Below are positions 10,243 through 16,411 of a DNA stretch of 57,381 nt, piece after piece. Numbering within the stretch: position 1 is the first letter of the stretch; every line of letters starts with the position of its first letter. The position numbers and the translations under genes are program-made. The stretch comes from Clavibacter sp. (GTDB lineage: Bacteria > Actinomycetota > Actinomycetes > Actinomycetales > Microbacteriaceae), in the NCBI GenBank assembly GCA_044508495.1, contig JBIQHP010000002.1, forward strand, positions 3,128 through 60,508. Reading direction: 5' to 3'. The notes beneath the pieces are model-generated. The model was not told where the DNA came from, did no database searches, and saw only the letters and a list, made by a program, of their open reading frames with translations.

Positions 10243-12545
10243 CGGTAGTCGACCATTCCGGCGACTGCGCGCTTCGTGGCGACGAAGACGAGGACGGCGA
10301 AGGCGCACGTGGTGAGTGTGCGGGCGATGACACCGAGCGGGGCCATGACGCTGCCGTCGCAGAAGTCCCAGACCACCATCGTGCCGGGTTCCTGATCCCC
10401 GATAGTGGGCGTCCAGTTCACGGTTCGCGAGCATCCGGTTATGTTCGGGGTGAAGGACCAGTCGCCGATCATCGCGGCGAGTTGTCCGGGGGCTAAATGC
10501 TCGAAGCGGTTTTGAAGCTCGGCTCCAGCTAGATAGACCACGGCGGGTCGAGGAACGAAGGCCCATTCCAGCGCGCAACGAATCGGAGTGAGAATCCATT
10601 CGACTGGGTTAAATGCTGCCCAGCCCGACGCGAAGCATTCGCGTGCTACCTCGGGATTCTGGACCGGACTGTTCATAAGATCGTTGGCAGCGGATGGGGA
10701 GGACTGGCCTCCCGACCACTCGCCGGTCTCGGGGTCCGAATATGGCGCGCCAACTGTAAGACGTTCGGGCTTAAACACGCCCGAATAGACCGCGCACTCA
10801 GCCAGACTCACATCGTGCACGCCGTAGCGGCACTGGAAAGTGTCTTCCTTATCGGGATCCTCGAACCAATTAACGCATTGGTCAGGAGCGTCGAAACAAC
10901 TAGCGATAGCCGGGGATGAGTCGCCGGGTTTAATGAGCAGATCGAGCTTGCATGCCCCGGTCCTGCACTCCGGGTAGTTATCCCACCAGGCGGCATACTC
11001 GGGGGTAACGTCCTCCTGCCACATCACCTGATCGGGAACACCATCACCCTCGCCTTTAATTTCGACCCCAGTCGGGCGCACACCGTCCGGCAATGCCGGG
11101 CATTCGGCTCCCGCGAGACGCCCGCTGGACTCTCTATACGCTGCGGACTGTGCTGTATAGGTGTGGCCGTCGCTTCCCTCGATAGTGCACGTTAGCCACC
11201 GGGCCGGGTCGGGGTCCTTCGCGACGACCGCCATGCCGGTACTGCCGCCGATCCGGTCCTCCGCAATCCCGTAACGCAGAGCGAGAACGTCAGAGTGCGT
11301 CCCGATCGGCTGCTGCATGGAGAAGCAGAACCTGCCCGGCCCGAAAAGGTCATAACAGGCGCCCGTGATGTTGTTGAAACCGGACGCCGACTCGGACACA
11401 CCCAGAGACCTCCAGAGGTTGTCGTAGGCCATGCGACCCTGAATACTCCACGTATTCACCAGCCCGCCGGTATACTCAAGACCCATCACGCCGATATTCC
11501 CGCTCGACAACTTCGAGCTGAACCCGACACCGATCACCCGGAAACACTGCTCCGGCACCCGCGCCCGACACACCCACTCCGACGTGAACCCGGGGGTGAC
11601 ATCGTTATTCGCGGCGGCGTTCGCCTCAGCGCTCATCGCCCATCCGTTGCAGTCGGCGCCGGCCACATTTGCCAGCACGTCTCGGAGGACGCCCGGCTCC
11701 TGAGTACAGACACCGTAGTCTGGGTCGAATCCGAAAACCGCAGTGGCCAGATTGCCGAAAAGGAATCCTACCGGCATCATCGTCAGAGCTAGGGCGGCCT
11801 CACCGAGCGCGCCAACCGTTTTGCGCACCGGCCCAGCCTTAGTTGCCGCAGCGACCATCGGTTGGCCGTTCTTGCCACCCTTCGTCGCCTGCTGCTCGTA
11901 GGCATCAACTACAGCATCGTCGTAGGTGCCCGTTCCTCGTGCGGGAATGGGCCGGAGCTCACCGTCCGGCCCTCGCGTATTCGCGGAGTAGCCGAATTCC
12001 GTATTGAGCGCATCCCACGAGTAGTTATAGCGGTGCTCGTTCGCCAGCTGCTCGCGCCTCCACTTCTCGGGAGTCGCGCCCTTAAGGACCGACCCGAGCA
12101 CGTTTATCATGAACGCGCGCGGCTTCGAGGTCGAGGGCGTGAAGGGCTTAACGGTTGTTCTAGTGCCGGGCTTCCGGCCCTCGTTTACAGCCCTCTCATG
12201 CTCCTGCATCCACTTTGTTCGCTCGTCTAGAAAGTCGTTCATGTCGCCCGGTATAGAAGCCCAATAGTCGTCGAACTCCGAGAACTCCCATGGCTCAGGA
12301 GTCGCCGGCATGCCGACCGCGTAGCGCGCTTTGGTGAAGTCGAAGTATCTATCCCACTCGGCAACTGAGCAGGGGAAGTGCTCGTTGAATGGGTCAAGGC
12401 CGGATGTGCTCGCGAACGCGACGCAGTCCTTCCAGCTCGGAGGAATCGGCGGACCACCGGCAGCCGTAGCCGGAGTGGAATCGAGCACGATGCCGCCTGA
12501 AACGGCGATGCCGGCCACGATGAGGCCGGCGATAAGGCGATGCAT
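10239..12545 (-). CDS. pIII-like adsorption / minor coat protein (768 aa)
   Basis: Sec signal peptide (ATA-A), Cys-rich body, C-terminal TM anchor with basic tail; positioned between pVIII and pVI. Confidence 0.8.
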   Translation of the reverse strand: MHRLIAGLIVAGIAVSGGIVLDSTPATAAGGPPIPPSWKDCVAFASTSGLDPFNEHFPCSVAEWDRYFDFTKARYAVGMPATPEPWEFSEFDDYWASIPGDMNDFLDERTKWMQEHERAVNEGRKPGTRTTVKPFTPSTSKPRAFMINVLGSVLKGATPEKWRREQLANEHRYNYSWDALNTEFGYSANTRGPDGELRPIPARGTGTYDDAVVDAYEQQATKGGKNGQPMVAAATKAGPVRKTVGALGEAALALTMMPVGFLFGNLATAVFGFDPDYGVCTQEPGVLRDVLANVAGADCNGWAMSAEANAAANNDVTPGFTSEWVCRARVPEQCFRVIGVGFSSKLSSGNIGVMGLEYTGGLVNTWSIQGRMAYDNLWRSLGVSESASGFNNITGACYDLFGPGRFCFSMQQPIGTHSDVLALRYGIAEDRIGGSTGMAVVAKDPDPARWLTCTIEGSDGHTYTAQSAAYRESSGRLAGAECPALPDGVRPTGVEIKGEGDGVPDQVMWQEDVTPEYAAWWDNYPECRTGACKLDLLIKPGDSSPAIASCFDAPDQCVNWFEDPDKEDTFQCRYGVHDVSLAECAVYSGVFKPERLTVGAPYSDPETGEWSGGQSSPSAANDLMNSPVQNPEVARECFASGWAAFNPVEWILTPIRCALEWAFVPRPAVVYLAGAELQNRFEHLAPGQLAAMIGDWSFTPNITGCSRTVNWTPTIGDQEPGTMVVWDFCDGSVMAPLGVIARTLTTCAFAVLVFVATKRAVAGMVDYR

Positions 12546-12570
12546 GATCAGCCACCTTCCTGATGGGGGA

Positions 12571-12605
12571 GAGGGCCGTGCACCCTGATCCAGTGCACGG
12601 CCCTC
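12571..12605 (-). terminator. Hairpin after the major coat gene (terminator/attenuator)
   Basis: Perfect 13-bp stem GAGGGCCGTGCAC / GTGCACGGCCCTC with a 9-nt loop, 8 nt past the pVIII stop; no U-run. Confidence 0.8.
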
Positions 12606-12613
12606 GAGCGGCT

Positions 12614-12820
12614 CTAGCCGCGCACGAAGCGCTTGAAGAGCTTCCAGCCGATCACGACTGCGATGATGGTGCCGCCGACGCCGAGTGCGATCGGCAGAGC
12701 CGCCGCGACCTGCGTGGTGATGGCGGACACCGCCGCGGTGAGGGAGGTGCCGAGGTCGATCACCGGATCATCCATCGGCAGAGCACCGGACAGCACGAGG
12801 GCAAAGTGGAGTACCTGCAT
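12614..12820 (-). CDS. pVIII-like major coat protein (68 aa)
   Basis: Short leader, acidic DDP segment, amphipathic helix, TM segment, basic end GWKLFKRFVRG (compare M13 GIKLFKKF); GGAGG RBS. Confidence 0.88.
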   Translation of the reverse strand: MQVLHFALVLSGALPMDDPVIDLGTSLTAAVSAITTQVAAALPIALGVGGTIIAVVIGWKLFKRFVRG

Positions 12821-12826
12821 AGTTTT

Positions 12827-12931
12827 TCACCTCCCCCCAATGCGAGTCAGAGCCGCGAGGACTCCGACGACGACCCCGATGCCCAGAGCGGACACCAAGA
12901 CGGTAGCGGCAGACGCAAGATCGACGATCAC
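12827..12931 (-). CDS. Small hydrophobic protein (34 aa), pVII/pIX-like
   Basis: Manual translation MIVDLASAATVLVSALGIGVVVGVLAALTRIGGR; GTGA overlap with the upstream gene. Confidence 0.7.
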   Translation of the reverse strand: MIVDLASAATVLVSALGIGVVVGVLAALTRIGGR

Positions 12932-13011
12932 GAGTCCACCATCCACACGAATAGCTCCCAGGCGCGCAGAACACCCAGGATGACGCCGGAGAGCACGACG
13001 AGCTCGATCAC
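12928..13011 (-). CDS. Small hydrophobic protein (27 aa), pVII/pIX-like
   Basis: Manual translation MIELVVLSGVILGVLRAWELFVWMVDS; GTGA overlaps at both ends. Confidence 0.62.
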   Translation of the reverse strand: MIELVVLSGVILGVLRAWELFVWMVDS

Positions 13012-13139
13012 CTCGACCACATCGCTCTCACGACGACGACGCCTGCGACGAACAGCACCAGCGCCGCCGTCACCGCCGTCACATTCAGCGCCAGGTCGAG
13101 GCGTGCGAGGACCGCCTCGTAAAAGTCGGTCGAGGTCAC
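13008..13139 (-). CDS. Small membrane protein (43 aa)
   Basis: MTSTDFYEAVLARLDLALNVTAVTAALVLFVAGVVVVRAMWSR; GTGA overlaps at both ends. Confidence 0.7.
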   Translation of the reverse strand: MTSTDFYEAVLARLDLALNVTAVTAALVLFVAGVVVVRAMWSR

Positions 13140-13558
13140 TGGTGCCCCCCGGATGCGGCTCGCGGGGCGGTCAGCGTGAGAAGTACGCTCGCACCATGTA
13201 CTCGCGAGCCACCAACGACAGCATCCGGGCCGCGCTTCAAGAGCTGCGCCCGGGACTCGACGGAGAACGGCTCGACGCCGCTCACGAGCTCTGGATGCAC
13301 TGGTTCGGAGGCACCAGCCCCGACGACGTACCGCAGGGGACCCTCGCCGCGTTCCTCGCCGGCATCGATAGAGGCGGGCCAGCAGGAGCCGGAGTGCCCG
13401 GCTAGCCCCTTCCTGCGCTCGTAGTCGCGGCGGAAGGTGACCACCGCGAAGGACACGGCCCAGAGCACGCACGACAGCAGCAGAATGCCGGTCGTCCACT
13501 GATAGAACAGCGTCTCACCGATGGCCTGCGTCGCGAAGAGCCCGGGTGCTGTGGTCAT
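13136..13558 (-). CDS. Hypothetical phage protein with N-terminal TM helix (140 aa)
   Basis: ATGA overlap with the ssb stop and GTGA overlap downstream; TM segment followed by RRDYERRK. Confidence 0.6.
   Translation of the reverse strand: MTTAPGLFATQAIGETLFYQWTTGILLLSCVLWAVSFAVVTFRRDYERRKGLAGHSGSCWPASIDAGEERGEGPLRYVVGAGASEPVHPELVSGVEPFSVESRAQLLKRGPDAVVGGSRVHGASVLLTLTAPRAASGGHQ
13196..13405 (+). CDS. Possible nested antisense gene (69 aa)
   Basis: MYSRATNDSIRAALQELRPG...ELWMHWFGG...; -10-like TACGCT 6 nt before the ATG; GC-rich third codon positions. Confidence 0.4.
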   Translation: MYSRATNDSIRAALQELRPGLDGERLDAAHELWMHWFGGTSPDDVPQGTLAAFLAGIDRGGPAGAGVPG

Positions 13559-13947
13559 GCCGGCACCGGCTCCGGCTGCCTGGTCGTGAGCTTCTGGACG
13601 GTCGCCCGGGCGAAGCGCAGCGCCGGGCCTACGTCCTCGACCTCGAGCCGCCAGGTCGTGCGCTTCTCACCGTCCTTGGTCTCGTAGCGCTCCTGCGAGA
13701 GGCGACCGGAGACGATCACCCGGTCTCCCTTGTGAAGGGTCGCGGCCACGTTCTCGGCGTAGTCGCGCCACACCTGACAGCGCAGGAACGCCGCGTCCCC
13801 GTCCTCCCACGTCTGCGTCTCGGCGTTGTAACGCCGATCGGACTGGGCGACCGTGAACTCGGCCACGGCCAGACCCGAAGGCACATGCCGCAGCTCGGGA
13901 TCGGCCACGAGATTGCCCACCACCGTCAGTTTCATTTCGCCAGCCAT
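13555..13947 (-). CDS. ssb: Single-stranded DNA-binding protein, bacterial type, lacking the acidic tail
   Basis: VVGNLVADPELR...AVAEFTVA...FLRCQVWR...KGDRVIVSGRL...VGPALRFA; AAGGGAG RBS. Confidence 0.92.
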   Translation of the reverse strand: MAGEMKLTVVGNLVADPELRHVPSGLAVAEFTVAQSDRRYNAETQTWEDGDAAFLRCQVWRDYAENVAATLHKGDRVIVSGRLSQERYETKDGEKRTTWRLEVEDVGPALRFARATVQKLTTRQPEPVPA

Positions 13948-13974
13948 TGCTCACTCCCTTGATCTTCCCCGTAC

Positions 13975-14175
13975 TCAATCGTACAGTTTTGTACTAGTTA
14001 ACAAGGGGGGGCCGACAAATGCAAGAGCGGAGCGCGGGGGCGCCGGTATCGGCCCGGGCGCCGGGGGTTTTCCGGCGGGGGAGGGTAGCACTCGCTCCGC
14101 GGCGGTCAAGGGCTTTCGCGGCATATCCTCCCGCCCCCACGGGGGCGGTCCGGTATTCCACGGTCCCTTGACCTC
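13975..14175. other. Putative phage origin region (dso/sso hairpins) between divergent operons
   Basis: GTACA-GTTT-TGTAC (13981-13994), ACTAGT and GTTAAC palindromes, GCGGAGCG/CGCTCCGC (14027-14034/14093-14100), GGTCAAGGG/CCCTTGACC (14104-14112/14165-14173) enclosing CCGCCCCC-AC-GGGGGCGG. Confidence 0.6.
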
Positions 14176-14246
14176 TGCTCCCGCGAGCGCTGATCCGGCA
14201 GGTGCCGGAAAACGGCAGTGAGATTCGAGACATGAGGAGAACTCTT

Positions 14247-14405
14247 ATGAACAGCAGTATTCGGGAACGGGCCGAGCAGCTCAGAGCTGCCGCGTCAAAG
14301 ATGATCGATCGGGCCGACGAGCTCGAAACGCTGGAGCGGCAGCCGGTCGTGTACGTCGTCCCGGTGGACCCGGCCGACGCCACGCAGTGCGACGGGTGCC
14401 AGTGA
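14247..14405 (+). CDS. Small coiled-coil protein with C-terminal CxxC (52 aa)
   Basis: GAGGAG RBS; MNSSIRERAEQLRAAASK...VDPADATQCDGCQ; TGATG coupling to the next gene. Confidence 0.7.
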   Translation: MNSSIRERAEQLRAAASKMIDRADELETLERQPVVYVVPVDPADATQCDGCQ

Positions 14406-15004
14406 TGCGCGTGCTCGTCGGATGCGAGTACAGCGGACGGGTACGGGACGCATTCATCGCGGCCGGCCACGAGGCGATCAGCTGCGACATACTGCCGACC
14501 GAGCGCCCAGGTCCGCACATCCAGGGCGATGTGCGCGACCAGCTAGATGCCGGCTGGGACCTCGGAATCTTCCACCCACCCTGCACCTATCTCGCGAAAG
14601 TGAGTGCGGCGGCGCTGAGCTCGAATCCGGCTAGGTACGCGCAACTCGTGGACGCCGTTCAGCTCTTCCTCGACTGCCTGAACGCACCTATCACACACGT
14701 AGCGGTAGAGAATCCCGGGATGCTGCGCGCCGCCATGACCCTGATCGGTGAGCGCCCGGCGCAGTGGATCGAGCCGTACCAGTTCGGCCATCCTTACGCA
14801 AAGAAGACCGGCCTGTGGCTCCGGAACCTGCAACCGCTGCGAGCTACGCAGGTCGTGCAGCCTCGCGCGTCGTGGACCGAGGTGCACCGTGACGCTGCCA
14901 CTCGCTCTAAGACTTTCGAGGGGGTCGCCTACGCCATGGCCGCGCAGTGGTCTCAGCCGGCGCCGATCATGCCGGCACCGCTGTTCGACCTCGTCCGCCC
15001 GTGA
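14405..15004 (+). CDS. Phage-type DNA cytosine methyltransferase-like protein (199 aa)
   Basis: MRVLVGCEYSG SAM-binding variant, catalytic HPPCTYL, AVENP, QFGH...KKTGLW, RSKTFEGVAYAMAAQW. Confidence 0.8.
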   Translation: MRVLVGCEYSGRVRDAFIAAGHEAISCDILPTERPGPHIQGDVRDQLDAGWDLGIFHPPCTYLAKVSAAALSSNPARYAQLVDAVQLFLDCLNAPITHVAVENPGMLRAAMTLIGERPAQWIEPYQFGHPYAKKTGLWLRNLQPLRATQVVQPRASWTEVHRDAATRSKTFEGVAYAMAAQWSQPAPIMPAPLFDLVRP

Positions 15005-15366
15005 AGCGCGCGATCACGCTCGGGGATCTCGTGGAGGCGAGGTTTCTCCGGGCGTGCTCGCAGCTCGTCTACGAGCGGATCGCGCCGGCGAAGGAGAGCC
15101 GGCCATGGGTGAGCCTGTCCGTAGACCTTGCCGGCGCGCACGTCGGCTGGGTGCTGCGGCACTACATCGCGGACGATGTCTTCCTCGTGACAGCTGCGCC
15201 CCACGAGCTCGACGGGCGCCGCGGTGACGAGCCGCGCGTGTGGAAGCGCTACCCGCATGCGCGGCTGTGGACGGCACCGGACTGGCGCACCGGGCTGCAC
15301 GAGCCAGCAGTCGTCCTACGAGCCCTCATCGCGCTGGACGGGACGATCGATCTGCCGCTGAGCTAA
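15001..15366 (+). CDS. Hypothetical phage protein (121 aa)
   Basis: GTGA overlap with the methyltransferase stop; last gene of the divergent operon; no recognised motif. Confidence 0.65.
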   Translation: MKRAITLGDLVEARFLRACSQLVYERIAPAKESRPWVSLSVDLAGAHVGWVLRHYIADDVFLVTAAPHELDGRRGDEPRVWKRYPHARLWTAPDWRTGLHEPAVVLRALIALDGTIDLPLS

Positions 15367-15685
15367 TCGCTCGCGCAGCTCGAGGATGCGCGTCTGACGC
15401 GCACTGAGCGGGCCGACGAACGCCAGCTGGCTCGAGGTGCGCTCAGCCACGTAGCGGCTGATCGCTGAGGCTGTTGCCGGTCCGTCGTTGACGATCAGGA
15501 ATCCCTTGGAGCGGCCGGCCAGGTGATCGACTCGGCGGGTGACCTTGCGGTAACGGCCGTGAATCTCACCAGTCTCGTAGTCGATCTTCTCCCGCCAGAC
15601 CTTCTCGGTTCGGGCGTAGGACTTCGAGCGGCTGATGCCGCGCATCACACGACCGATCAGCACTCTCGGCTGTAATATCCGATAA
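15316..15685 (-). CDS. 3' part of the split rep gene
   Basis: Open from attR in the same frame the rep ORF uses through attL (TAT CGG ATA); encodes ...IDYETGEIHGRYRKVTRR...KGFLIVNDGPATASAISRYV; in-frame stop just upstream at 15697-15699. Confidence 0.8.
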
Positions 15686-15702
15686 TACTCATTATGTCAA
15701 CT
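15675..15702 (+). other. dif: dif-like Xer recombination site (attR)
   Basis: ATATCCGATAA-TACTCA-TTATGTCAACT: 11-6-11 layout, ATAA/TTAT inner dyad, right arm similar to the XerD arm TTATGTTAAAT. Confidence 0.88.
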
Positions 15703-15731
15703 CAAGCTGAGTTGCCTATGCGAACTGCACT

Positions 15732-15926
15732 TCAGGCCTCGTCGACGAAGATCTGCTCGATCGTCAGCCCGAACAGGCGAGCGAGAGCGAAGGCGGTAGG
15801 AAGGCTGGGGTCGAACTTGCCCGTCTCGATCGCGTTGATCGTCTGCCGGGACACGCCCAGCCGCTGCGCGACCTCGGCCTGGGTCCATGCCCGTTCGGCA
15901 CGGAGAGTCAGGATGTGATTCTTCAT
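15732..15926 (-). CDS. XRE/Cro-C1 HTH transcriptional regulator (64 aa)
   Basis: WTQAEVAQRLGVSRQTINAIETGKFDPSL; ATGA overlap with the upstream gene. Confidence 0.93.
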   Translation of the reverse strand: MKNHILTLRAERAWTQAEVAQRLGVSRQTINAIETGKFDPSLPTAFALARLFGLTIEQIFVDEA

Positions 15927-16339
15927 CGGTACCGGATCCTTCCGACGATGAAGGCGATCAGGTAGACGACCGCCATGGCGATCGGGAACACCGCGAAGTC
16001 GACCTCGGCCGGGATGAGTCCGCCGGCCTGGGCGACGACGTAGCCGGAGCCGAGAACCAGTCCCCCTCCCACGGCTGCTGCGAGTGCGTCCTGGAGAATC
16101 TTCCGCTGCAACTCGTCGATCGTCCGGAGGAAGCGCACGTATGCGGCGATCCACCCGACCCCCACGATCAGGTTCACCGCGATGGCCACCCAGGTAGCCG
16201 CGTGCGACGACTCCCCCCAGAGCCCGGGGCCGAACCGCGCGAGCGCGAGGCTCGCGACCCAGGCGGCGCCCCAGGCCGCCATGCCCGCCGTCGCCTTCAG
16301 CTCCATCCGATAGGCCTCGCTCCCCCGCGATGATTCCAT
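15923..16339 (-). CDS. Four-TM membrane protein coupled to the XRE regulator
   Basis: Four hydrophobic segments with a central IDELQRKI motif; GGAGGA RBS before ATG 16339. Confidence 0.85.
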   Translation of the reverse strand: MESSRGSEAYRMELKATAGMAAWGAAWVASLALARFGPGLWGESSHAATWVAIAVNLIVGVGWIAAYVRFLRTIDELQRKILQDALAAAVGGGLVLGSGYVVAQAGGLIPAEVDFAVFPIAMAVVYLIAFIVGRIRYR

Positions 16340-16355
16340 AATGTCCTCCGTATTA

Positions 16356-16411
16356 GTCAAGTACACTTGACACACTAGAGGCCTCGCGCGGAGATGTCAA
16401 GTCTACTTGTC
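16356..16411. promoter_or_regulatory. Twin palindromic operators for the membrane protein/XRE operon
   Basis: GTCAAGT-AC-ACTTGAC (16356-16371) and GTCAAGT-CT-ACTTGTC (16396-16411), 40-bp period, each followed by ACAC. Confidence 0.75.

Larger units (their letters stand above)
7886..15685 (-). mobile_element. Filamentous (inovirus-like) prophage integrated at a dif-like site; no integrase
   Basis: HUH Rep, Zot/pI ATPase, pVI/pIII/pVIII-like genes and SSB, mostly in translationally coupled runs; flanked by direct repeat ATATCCGATAA (7886-7896, 15675-15685); predicted circle 7789 bp. Confidence 0.92.

Noticed and set aside
13994-14518. ORFs crossing the phage intergenic region (13994-14518 minus, 13853-14221 plus)
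   Set aside because: No RBS or protein-like composition; they overlap better-supported genes and the hairpin region.
7886-15685. Actinomycete integrative conjugative element (pSAM2-like) or integrated plasmid
   Set aside because: No integrase, excisionase or TraB/FtsK gene is present; the coat, pIII, pVI and pI genes indicate a filamentous phage.
15732-15926. XRE gene as the prophage repressor
   Set aside because: It lies outside attR, is coupled to a membrane gene and has its own operators; this is a common stand-alone module.
16352-16402. Extra XerD-arm-like sequences (ATTAGTCAAGT, AGATGTCAAGT) as further dif copies
   Set aside because: No matching left arm at 6-bp spacing; they are better explained as halves of the XRE operator palindromes.
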